Origin: Camelus dromedarius
Lineage: Eukaryota
NCBI RefSeq assembly: GCF_036321535.1
Contig: NC_087437.1
Span: 120,716,001-120,780,000, forward strand
Length of the DNA stretch: 64,000 nt
Direction of reading: 5' to 3'
Below, piece after piece: positions 25,120-36,075 of the stretch; the first letter of the stretch is position 1; every line of letters begins with the position of its first letter. Below the pieces are notes generated by a model. That model searched no databases, was not told the origin of the DNA, and saw only the letters and a program-made list of their open reading frames with translations. A program made the translations under genes and the position numbers.

Positions 25120-25152
25120 GGCGGCGGCGGCGGCGACGGCGGCGACGGCGGC
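25120..25152 (+). repeat. Interrupted GGC triplet tract (GGC)5 GAC (GGC)2 GAC (GGC)2
   Basis: Read directly from the sequence, in the probable 5' UTR. Confidence 0.9.
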
Positions 25153-25256
25153 GGGCGGCCGGCTCTGGAGGTGCCTCGCGCGGCCGGGCGGGCGTCGCTG
25201 TCGCGGCCGCGGCTCCGCTCAGGCTCGGGCTGGCCCTGCGCGGCTTCGGGCTGCCC

Positions 25257-25283
25257 ATGGGGCGCGGGGGGCCGGGCCGGTGA
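25257..25283 (+). other. Upstream ORF (MGRGGPGR*) in the TRAPPC10 leader
   Basis: gcccATGG at 25257 and TGA at 25281-25283, same frame as the main ATG and ending 12 nt before it. Translation not shown. Confidence 0.6.
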
Positions 25284-25295
25284 CGCCGGACGCCC

Positions 25296-25362
25296 ATGGA
25301 CGCCCCTGAGGAGCCGCTGCCGCCGGTGATCTACACCATGGAGAACAAGCCCATCGTCACCT
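25296..25362 (+). CDS. TRAPPC10: TRAPPC10 coding exon 1 (MDAPEEPLPPVIYTMENKPIVT + 1 nt)
   Basis: ATG at 25296; peptide matches the TRAPPC10 N-terminus as recalled (human MDASEEPLPPVIYTMENKPIVTC); donor GTGAGT at 25363; 67 nt, phase 1. Confidence 0.97.
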
Positions 25363-28300
25363 GTGAGTGCCCGGCGGCGCGGGAGGGGGCGGCCGTGGCG
25401 GGCAGCCGGGCCCAGGTCGCCGGCCCCTCGCTCCCGGCGGCCCAGGGCCTGCGCTCCCGGCCCTGCCGCTTCCTGGAACGGAGGTGTGGCCAGGGCGGTG
25501 GCTGCGGCGGGGCTCCTATCCCCGCGGGCGACCTCCGACCTCCCCGGGGCCGTCCGCCAGCCTCCCCTGCGGGGGACCTCTGACCCCACGCGGGCGACCT
25601 CCGACTCCGCCGGGGGACGCCTTCCCAGGTTGTTTGGGCTGCAGTTTGACAGGCCCGGGATGCGGTGCACCCCAGAATCTAGGGCGCGGCCCGGAGTGGG
25701 GGCCCCGCCGTGTGCCCCGTCCAGCCGCAGGCTCGGCAGCTCGTCCCGCGACCCGGGGACGGGTCCTTCCCAGCGGAGACCGTTCTCCCTCTGATCCCGC
25801 GGGGGCATTCTCTTGGCTGTCGGTTGCGGGCGTGGACGAAGTTTATGTGCGGTTATTGTGTTAGGAGACGTGGGTTTGTACTTGTGTTAAACAGTGACAG
25901 ACGCAGGTGCTCCGTCAGAGCCGTGCACAGCTGCACTTGCATGGACATGACAACCCTGCCGGAGCTGGGACTGCGAGCCAGGACTGGTTTCACGCGCGTT
26001 ACCTCCTTGAATCTCCTCCTTAGGCCCCTCGGGCACCTCCCAGACGCTGGCACGGAACAGAAACCCATTTTACGGATGAGGCTATAAAGGTTAGGTGAGC
26101 TCATCCACACTGGACTGCTAGACTGGTGCCTCCTTCTTTGGGGTGTCGATTTGTGTGTGTGTGTACCACATTTAAGCACACACAAAGGAATTGTTTCTCT
26201 GTTACAGAAAATATTTTCCTGTTAAGTTTTATAGTTGTGATTTTACAATTAAATACTTCCAAAAACTTTGAGCTCATAGGGGGTTTGAAATGTTGGCTGA
26301 CATTTTGATGACTTGCAGAGAGAAATTTCAAACTATTATGAGATTTGAGCTTTGACAATATTCTTACTTCCAGCTAACTTTTTCCAAAAGTCTTCCACAC
26401 TCTGAAAGGAAACACTCTTTCTGTAGCAAAGTCCCAGCACTTAGGCCATAATGGTTCTGTAGGTCTTGAGCTCCATCCTGTTTCTCCTTTTCATTTTTTT
26501 ATAATTAATGGATATCCTCCCTGTATGCTTCCTTTCTTCAGATCCCTGAGAACTCGTATGTTTAAAGTTTGTTGCTTTATCTTTAGCTGGTAAAACTTTC
26601 TTAGGAAAATGGAATGTGTCACCTCTAAATTTGGACACTTGCATAGTTCAGCAATAGCTGTTTTCTTTTCTCGTCAGGATACCTGTCAACTGAAAGTCTT
26701 ACTCAAGACTGCACCTTCAGTGCAAGAGGACAGGTGTGCGTAGAGCTGATCTGGAGGTCCTGCAATTCCCAGGTGCTTTCTGTATCCTCGGGGAAGAGGA
26801 CTGGTCTCGGGTGGTCTTCATGTTGGGTTTCAGTGCCTTCCAGATCCTGGAGACTTCTCCCCAAGTGCCCTGCACATCAGGGGTGCCGGATCAGTGTTGC
26901 TTGTGGGACATCCATGTGGCTAATTATTTCCCATACCCCTTAGCTTACAGGTTCATAGCAATATACTTCTTTAGGCGTTATGAAGATACACATCTGAAGA
27001 GGTTCGTAAAGCCCTGTTGGAGTCAACCTTGACTAAATGGGTCAGTTGTTACCTTTGTAGTGCTCGAGGTGTGTGTTTGCTGCTTAAGTTTGCACACACA
27101 TGCGCGACAGGCAGCTGAGGGACAATTTCCTTTCCTGCAGGTTGGTTGCAGTAGCCGTGTTGGTGGAGGTTTTTCCGGTGTTTGAAGCGTAAAGAAGAAG
27201 TGTTATCTGTACTGACGGCATCTCTGTTTTAAAAGGCGCAACCATTCATTCACTGGAGTCTCAGAAGAGGAAAAGGCTTTAGTAAACTTTCAGAGAAAGT
27301 TAGCTTGAAAAATGAAAAAGATCCCTTTAAAAGTTAAAGATGTTTTAACTTTTAAGAAAGGCTTCATAGTTCACGTTTGAGATTGCGTTTTGGTGTATCA
27401 GGGACTGGAGCTTCGTGAGCACTTGTTCTGGTTTCACGTCATACTTCGTGTGGTTCCATTTTTACGGGTGGACGTGTTTTGAGGGGAGCAGCTAGCCTAA
27501 GCAGTGCAGGCAAAGGCAGTAGGAAAATTGCTTGAAAAAGTCCATCCAGAGGCTCAGCTATTATGTCCATTCCCCTTGTTACGCAGCGTTTTAGTTTTCA
27601 AAAGTGCCTTTACATCTCCTTGAATACTTTTCCAGCCATTGCACCCTGAGGAGGTCTGTGTTTGTTCATTGTAAAATAAAGCAGAGTTTATGCTTGCTCT
27701 CAATTTTTTTCATAGAATTTGGAACATTTTACTTTGAATGGAAATGAATTGTGCAGCATACTTTCTGAGAAGAATGTAGCATGTCGCTGGTTCAGGTACT
27801 GTGTAGGAACTGCTCATTTGTGGCCACAAGAAGACTGGGAAGTCCCCGGAGGTTAGGGGGAAATAGAATACATTATTACTTGAAAGCCTTACCGAATTAT
27901 TTTAATAATATTCTGAAGCTACCTGAAAGTTTTAATGGCCTTCAATCCGTAATTAAAAATTTCCGAACCTGCTGCCTAACTGCCTCCGGTGCAGAGTGAC
28001 TGCCTCAGTGGAGGATCTGCTTAGACGTCCAAGACTGGTTAAGTGCCTGACTACTGGAGAATGTATCTGAAGTGCACAGGGATGTCCGCCGAACAGTTAG
28101 TGATGACGTCGGGGGATGAATCACCTAATCATAGCAGTTTGAATATGTATAGCATAATTTATTAATCATGAAAAATGCACAATGAAACTGAAACAAATCC
28201 AGCAGATCCATTTGATCTAAATTTAAATAATAGCTTAGATTTTTTTTCAACCACCAGATCAGTTCACTCTTGAGAATAAAGACTTGGGTTTCTGATCTAA

Positions 28301-29269
28301 GGGTATCCAGGAGGGTTATGTTCCTTCTCCAGCTGTCTCATTGAGCAGACGGTTATTGTAATCCTACTGATTTGTGGCTTTTCTGTTTTGGCTGTTGGCA
28401 TCATTCCCAAGATAGCACCTCCTTCAACATAGGATTGTGTGGTATCTGAAAAACAGCAGCGCTCCACCCGAGCGACCCGTTCTCACCCAGGCACGTTGGA
28501 CGCTGCCGTTTTCGTTTTTCTCAGTCTCTGTATTTGGGGTTCCAGATCTGACATGATAACTTTTCAAAGGGAGAAAACGGCAACAAAAATGAGTAGATCT
28601 GTAATCTGTATCTGGTATCTGGTTGTAATGCTTTGTATCTGGTTGGAATTTGTATTTTTCCCCTGTAGGTTAAAATTTTTAAATTTGCACGTCATGGTTT
28701 TCCACCGGGCGTGAAAGTATGGTGCTTGTGATTTAACCACTCTTTGTTTCGTTGCCGAAGAGTAACTTAAAATGTCCTCTTTCTAAATTGATGCATGTAA
28801 ATGGTGGTCTTGGCCCATATTGAATTCTTAAGCCAGTAGGGAATCAACTATTGAGAAGTGGGAGAAGCATTTCTCCTTGGGAAACAGTTCCACGGGATGG
28901 AGTTGGAGGTGGGACCCAAGGCACTACTGGCTTTGTTTACCTTGCTTTTTGGGGGGAAATTAATTAATTAATTAATTTTCTTTCTTCCCCTCCCCTCCCC
29001 TCCCCTCCCCTCCTCTCCTCTTTTTTTCCCTGTAAACTGAAGTGCAATTACCTTGCTTTTGAAATCGCTTCTCCCTGTGCGTGGTTCCAAACAGTCAGGA
29101 CTTAAACATATGTGCCTTCCTCCCCCTCTGTGAAGTAGGGAGGAGGTAGTGCTGGTCTCTTGGGGTGGGTGTAGGGCTTGAAAGAATATGTGTAAAGCAC
29201 TCAGAAGAGTGATGAATGTGCAAAAAGAATGCTAGCTTCTAAGGAGGGAGTCCTTCCTTCTCTCTGCTC

Positions 29270-29785
29270 ACGGTGGCTTTAGTGTCTTTAATACTTTTTT
29301 CATCCCACCTCTGGGCTAAAAAGAACATTTAATAATTTCATTTATTAAGTAGTTAGGTTCAAATAATTTTATCAAGTGTCATGTCATAACAGTAGTTATT
29401 TGAAAAAAATGCACATAAATGGGAAGAAAATTTTTATTTCATTCTTAGATAACCAGGGTAACAGACCAATGGGATGGTTGCATCTGTTGGGCACTGCACA
29501 ACTTCTCTAACCTGGGGGTCAGGCTGGTCTCTGCTGCCTTCTCTGTTTCCTTTTAGTGGGGAGGTGGTACTAGTCTTTTATCACAGCAGCTCCCTTGTTT
29601 TGTGATGATAATGATGCCATTGAGAGAATTGTAGCACGAGGTTGTATGGAAACAATACCTCAGCTGGGGTCTGGGATATCTTCAGTACTGCCGTTTCCCT
29701 CATAAATTTAAAATGCCCTTTGGACCCTCTGTGGGTTTGCTGCGGTACCCCGAGGCACCGGGGTACACAGTTTGGGAACCCATGT
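29270..29785 (-). mobile_element. hAT-Charlie DNA transposon, MER119-like
   Basis: CACAGTTTGGGAACC terminus and TGTTGGGCACTGCACAACTTCTC block. Confidence 0.7.
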
Positions 29786-30489
29786 TACTAGTATTTTAGC
29801 TCAACTCTAGGGTGGATTTGAACTGAGAATTTAGAAGTGAAAAGCTTCCTTTTCCATTTGAACTTCAGGTCATGCCAGACTTACAACATGTGTTTCTGAA
29901 TGGTTTCTAGTAAAATTTGGTTTATGGAAATGAAGCTCAAGGGTCTGATTTTTTTTTAAAGCACTGATGAGTCTCTGAAATAACCAGGCTTTGCCAACGT
30001 AACACGCGGGCCAGTCTTTCCCTAGAAAGGAACTGACAGCATGGTGGTGCGGTCCACGCGGAGGGAGCTGGGAAGGGCCAAGGTGGTCGCCTTTTGAAAA
30101 TGCAAGGGACTTACTGAAGAATTTTTTGTCTGAAAAAAGTTTTTTGCCGGTTGACAGAGTGTCTTTTCATGTGTATTGCACGATTCAGTGTATGGCCTCA
30201 CAGAGGCTCCGAGCTGATCTCCTCGCCCTCTGTTCTGCTGGGGGGGGTGGTGGGCTTCCACTGGAAAGCCTCTAAATCCCCCATCACACCTTCCTGAGGC
30301 CCCTGGTGGCAGTCTGCCCAGAGCCCCCTGGCGCTTTCTCCCCTCCCTTTACCTCTCCTTCTTTCTTCCCTCCCTCCTGTCCTCGCTGTCTAATCAACTT
30401 GTGCTTTGTTAACTGCTCTTAAGGTGAATTTTAACTGTGTTCACAGTATTTTGTGCTTAGAGAATATTTGATTTTTAAATTTAAAATTG

Positions 30490-31180
30490 ATGGCCTTAGA
30501 GTTGTTCCCAGCTCCTCTTTTTTGCTCCCAACAGACATTGAGTCTATCAGCAAGCATTTTTGAAGTTTATCTAGAATTCAGCCACTTCTCAGCTTTACTG
30601 CTGCTCAAACCCCAGACCCCAGCCCTTTCATCTCTCCCTGGGTCTCCTGCAGCTTCCCAGCTGGCGCCCTTTTAACAGCTTGGCCCCTGGAAATTAAGGG
30701 CAGTCCCTCTGAGAGAGAAGTCACAGCGTGTAATTCCCCTGCTCAGACCCGCAGGGGCCAACCACCTTCTCAGCATAGTATTCCCAGACCTTCCCCGGGG
30801 CCGTGAGACCCTCAGTGGCCTGCTGCCCTGGGCCCCGCGGCCCCGGGCCGCGCACTGGCCTCCTGGCTGTGCCCTGGCCCCCGGGTGCTGCCCTCTCGCG
30901 GCCGGTGGCTGCTCACACACCGCTTCCCACGCCCACCTACCTTTCGCCATTGCTTTGACTTCGTTCAGTCTTCTTGGTTCAGCACCCCCGACAGAAAACT
31001 TTGTTTTCTCTTGGTCTGTTGTTTCTCTGCACTCCTAACCCAGAGTGCCCACAAACTAGCATGTGGGGTTCAGAGAGGCAGGAACTTCGCCTGTCTTGTT
31101 CTCTGTGTGTCTGGCACCTGGACAGTGCTTGGCACATAGTTGGTGTTCAGTAGATATTTGTGAATAAATTAAATAAACGA
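30490..31180 (+). mobile_element. L2 3' fragment
   Basis: GGCAGGAACTTCGCCTGTCTTGTTC...CAGTGCTTGGCACATAGTTGGTGTTCAGTAGATATTTGTGAATAAAT L2 tail. Confidence 0.7.
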
Positions 31181-32074
31181 GTAAGCATTTCTCTAAGGGA
31201 GAAACTCCTGTATGTCATTGAATGCTTCCATCAGGTGGGAGCTTTTGATGGTGTCATATTGTTTCCTTTAAATATGTGTTTTCATCAAGATAAGACAGCT
31301 TTGCAGAAGATGCTTGGGTAATTTGAATCCTGATCACTCAGACTGTTTTAGGTGAACTGCTATGCACTTAGTTGCTGTTGTTGTTGTTTTTTTGATACTG
31401 GAACATTCTCTGGAGTTTTTGAATCAAGGAAATATGTGTTAATCCAGTAAAAGAAAGAAAGCTCAGCAGTGTGGTAGGGACTGTGGTCTTCCAAGTGGGC
31501 CTCCTGAGTTCTGTTCGGATATGCTTTCTCTACTCCAAGTCAGAAGAAATTTAACAACCACCAAGCCAAAGCATTTCTGGGTCGCTGATTCAGCTGCTTG
31601 AGGAACTGTCAAGCTGGCGTCTGGATGAAGCCTTGGAAGAAGATATATCTGTACCTTTGCAAAATGTGCCTTTCACCCCTGCACGTGTATAAAGCAGGAA
31701 TACATTTTTATTGTAAGAGATGGAATCCAAGTGTACTTGCTAGGTCAGAAGGTGAGCGCGGTTTACATTTTGAGACCTGCTTCTGAATCACCCTGTGAAG
31801 AAGCTGTATTCTGAGTTATACTCTGCTACTCTGGGTAGGGTTCATCTTGTTAATTTTCACCAGTCTGATGGATGGGGGAAGACTACCATAGTTTTCTTTT
31901 TTCTGAACGGCTTTATTGAGGTTTAATCTACATACGTAACATTACTATCCATTGTATGTGTACAGTTCTCTGACCACTAGTGTTTAGAGTTGTGCAGCCA
32001 TCACCATAAGTCAGTTTTAGAACATTTCTATCACCCCAAGATGTTCCCTTGTACTTGTTAGCAGTTAATCAAAG

Positions 32075-32415
32075 CATCAACCAAGGCTGTGCTCCCTCCC
32101 AAGGTTTGAGGGGAGGGTCCTTCTTGCCTCTTTCCAGCTCCCAGGAATCCTTGGCGTTCCTTGGCTTGTAGCCCCATCACTCCTGTCTCTGCTTTGTCTT
32201 CACATGGCCTCCTCTCTCCCTGTGTTTTTCCCTTCTGTCTCTTACTTGACCTGACAAGTGACCTCTTGTCATTGGATTTAGGGCCCATCTAAACACGATC
32301 TGGAATGATCTCATTTGAGATCCTGAACTTAACTGTATCTATAAAGACCCTTTTTCCAAGTAAGTTTCATTCACAGGTTCTGGGGGGTCAGGACATGGAC
32401 ACATCTTTTGGGGGC
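32075..32415. mobile_element. MaLR LTR fragment (MLT1-like), preceded by an L1M 3' piece at 31895-32065
   Basis: CCTTGGCGTTCCTTGGCTTGTAG, GTCATTGGATTTAGGGCCCA, AAAGACCCTTTTTCCAAGTAAG, ATTCACAGGTTCTGGGG. Confidence 0.8.
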
Positions 32416-35400
32416 CCTGTTCAGCTCCTTCGTCATTGTCTGCATTGGTGCCCAAGTGCACCTCGGCTGGCTTCCGTCGCTTATCTCCGGTTTTGTGTCA
32501 CTTCGTCTGTCTCTGGGGGCTTGTCCGCTCTGTGCTCCAGGCCGAGGAGCAGTTCCTGGGGTCTGGAATTTTGGGCTTGAGACGTTGGCACAAGATGGGA
32601 TGATCTCTTAGGAAGAGGTGAACCTTTTCTGCAGTTTCTCTATTTTTTCCCCCAGGGAAATAAGTGCCTTTATTTGGCTTCTTGCACGTGTTGTGTTACA
32701 TGACGCTTCATTCCTCAATACTCTAGGCCCTCGTTTGCAAAATTTTTCTAAGGAGTGAGCAGAGAATGAAGAAACTGACAACAGGTCGGACCTTGGTTTC
32801 ACCAGGGAGTGTTGTATGTTTGGAAAGTTTTCTTATTTTTACCAGGTAGTGTTATTTTTCTTAACTGCCCACCCCAGGGCCAGGCTTGCTGGGCCAGACC
32901 AGGATCCCTCCGTGTTTGGTCAGGCCCCACCCCAGCGTTTCTGTTGGGATTGCTCAAGCGAGGGTTGCTAGGGCTGTGGTAAATGCTTAATTTTGCTGGA
33001 TGTTTCCAAATTCCCCTTGCTAATGGTGCACCTTTTGAAAACTGCAGTTAGACCTCCCTGAGAAAGTAATCTTTGAACAGAGACTTTAAGAGGGCGAGGG
33101 AGGAACCTGGGGGCAGAGCGGTTTGGGGACCCTTCTCTCCAAGGCTGCAGGGCAGGGTGAGCCTGGACTGAGCAGAGTCTCTTCTGGAACTTGCAGATAC
33201 TGTGATCCAAACTGCCATCCTACATTTTCTTTATTTTAAAATATGTAAAACCATTAAAGGCTGAGTCTTCAGTGTTCTTGTATTTAGATGCATTTATCTT
33301 ATCTTTTTCTGTTGGAACTCTTCAATTTTAAGCTGTGTGGTCTCCGGGTGACCGTGTGCCCCTGGTTGGAGGTGTTTGCTCAGACCTCCTTAAACACTTG
33401 GCACGTGTGCTGGATTGTCTTTCATGTTAAAAAGCAGAAAGACTTTGGGACTTTGTGCCTTGTGAGCAGGCTCTGTGTGTTGATTGTAGTTCCCCTTCTG
33501 CAGACTCCCACAGCATGGAACTCCCTTAACACTCACTGTTGTACTTTTTCCCTTTGGTCACACCTACAGGCAGTCACTGTCCTGTAGACTAGGTACTGGG
33601 TACGGAAGGGAAGCAGGGCAGGGAGGAGCACGTGAGTGTGTCCCAGTACGGCTCAGGAGGAGAGCTGGAAGGATCGGGCCTGACGTGAGAGCCAGGGGTG
33701 CAGTGGCAGGGGTCCTGAGTTGTGATTTCAAATCAGCGTCCTTGGAAGGCCTGACGCAGAGGATCTGGGACAGCTGACAGCAGAGGAAGGTGATTCCCTT
33801 CCCGTCTACTGTAGGAGTTAATTTTCTTTAACCTTGGCCTCTGGGGTGTAAGGCAGTGGGAGTGCCCACTGCTTTTCTTCTCAATATGTACCTTCCAGTA
33901 AAGGCAGGGCAGTGTTTATGTGTAGAGATTGGGGGGGGGGGCGTCAGTTGCCTGGTCATTTTAGGGCACAAGTGAAACCCTGATGTCTCCTTAGAAAGTC
34001 TGGATATCCTCTGGGTCTTTCTGTTTTTTGTCGTTAACCTTCACTCACTGCCCCCACCTCCAAATATGAAAGCCTTTTATGTGCAGATACTCTGGGAGGA
34101 CCGCTGGGGAGGGCTTCCATATTCCATGATTATGCATTTAATACTAGTTTTCCCCATAAAAGAGCTTGCAGTTTGAAGCATTAGTTAAATTTCATTACTG
34201 CAATGACATTATACATAAATTATGGCAAATACATTTTACACGTTATTGAGTAGGCGGAAGTGACTTCCCAGTTTATGACTTTGGACGTTTTTATTGTCCA
34301 TTTGAAAGTCTGTTCCACCAAAAGCTGTTGAGGAGAACTTAATGTGTGGTCTGAGGGAAGCGCACGTTCCTACCGGGTGTAGGACAACGCCTCCTTAACA
34401 CTCCTTGGGAGTGTTAAACGGGAGTGAGCTGCCTCACAGTGAAGTGGAGCTTTGTTTAGTTGAATGCCGTTTCTACATTTTTCTGTAAAGCAAATGTTAG
34501 ATAAATTATGTGTTTCCTTGGCTTTTTTGTTCAGAAGTAAAGTCATAGCCTCTCTTGCTCGGAAGGGCCTGAAACGGGTCCCGCAGTCCTGGTCTGGCCG
34601 CGCCGCGAGGTCCTCTGACCAGAGGGCGGCTTCCCGGCGGGGCTGGAGCCCGCCCGGTCCCTGTCCCTGCGTTCCTGGTGCTCAGGGGTCTCCGGAGCCC
34701 TCTGAAGGGTACATGTGACATTGCCCATCAGGTAGGTGAAGACAGCCATCCTGTTAACAGGCTAAATAAGCTGAAGGGTCTTCAATTCAAGGTCAAATGA
34801 GAGATGCCTTTTATTAGAAAAGTTACTGTTTCCTTTCACTAAGATTATACTAAAGAATCTGAAGAAAACTTACACTGTATGAGAGTATTAACAAATATTT
34901 AGAGGTGCTAAGATCTTTTATCCAACATAAATATCCAAATAAAGATACTAATCTCGAAATAGCTGGCATCAGGTATCTGGGAAAGCTGTGTGTCAGGGGC
35001 CGATGGGCTGAGCACTTTGTGTTTCTTTGCGCTCTCTCATGGTTGTGGTTTCCTGATCCTTCTGTACTTTTGCAGAGACCTTCACAGCTCTGTATGTTGA
35101 AGTAGGGGACAGTGGGATGCCAGGGGCAGAAGCAGTCACTGTGTCGCTGAAGGTCTTCTGGAACCTGTATTTTCAGCCAAGTGGTGTCAGCACAGCCCCT
35201 GCGGATTCATTAGGAAACAGCATGAGGGGCAGCGGCAGCCTGGGTGTGACTCAGCCCCGCACAAGCCGCGTGGCTCTGGTGAGGCAGGGGTGTCCTCACA
35301 TGCAGGGTGGCACTGGATCCTCTGGCTGCTGTGAGGGTTGGGGTGACTGCCAGGCCCACCATGCCGTCCACGAGTGCACGGTCAGCTGTTCGCTTCTTGT

Positions 35401-35586
35401 AGCTGGCTCTCTCCTGACGCCCCCCCCCCCCCCCGCCATAGCTGAGCGGACCCTCCTGGGTCCCCTAGAACTGTGAAGTCACAAAGTTATGTTGTGGTGA
35501 GTACTACATAGATGATTTCTGGGGGGAGGGTGCAAATCAAATGCTTTTACTTTCCCCTTTTAAGTTTTTCATACACTTTCCATAGT

Positions 35587-36075
35587 TGTGTCAGTTTCTT
35601 GGGGCTGCTGTAACGGTTATGTAGACTGTGTGCCTTAGAACAACACAAAGTTATTCTCCGAGCGTTCTGGAGAGCAGAAGTCTGAAATGGGTCTCATTGG
35701 GCTAAAGTCAAGGTCCTTCTGGAGGCTCCAGGAGAGAACCTGTTCCTGCTTTTCCCAGCTTTTCGGGGTGCCTGCATCCTTGGCTCCTGGCCCCTCCTTT
35801 TTCACAGCTGGTGACGACCAGACCAGCTCAGTCTTTCTCGTGGGGCCATCCCTTTGGTTGTGACTTCTGCTTCCCTCTTCCCCATTCAGGTATCCTTGCG
35901 AGTACTTGGGGCCCATCCAGATAATCCAGGATAATCTCTTTATTTTAAGATCAGCTGATCAGCAACCTTAATCTGCCTGCAACCTTAATTCTCCCTTGCC
36001 ATGTAAAGTAACGTGTTCACAGGCCCCAGGGAGTGGGACCTAGACTTCTGAATGCCCTTAACATGTGTCTGGGGA
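35587..36075. mobile_element. MaLR LTR (MLT1-like)
   Basis: GGGGCTGCTGTAAC...TTCTGGAGGCTCCAGGAGAGAA...GGGCCCATCCAGATAATCCAGGATAATCTC. Confidence 0.8.

Larger units (their letters stand above)
24590..25850. promoter_or_regulatory. CpG island / TATA-less promoter of TRAPPC10
   Basis: Very high GC and CpG density spanning exon 1; the TSS cannot be fixed from sequence alone. Confidence 0.9.

Noticed and set aside
24753..25808. 351-aa antisense ORF across the promoter
   Set aside because: Low-complexity translation of a CpG island; no family resemblance.
28100..28191. C/D-box snoRNA-like spacing (GTGATGA ... CTGA) in intron 1
   Set aside because: Only a marginal terminal stem, no guide complementarity I can recognise, and such motif pairs occur by chance; an Rfam/snoscan search would settle it.
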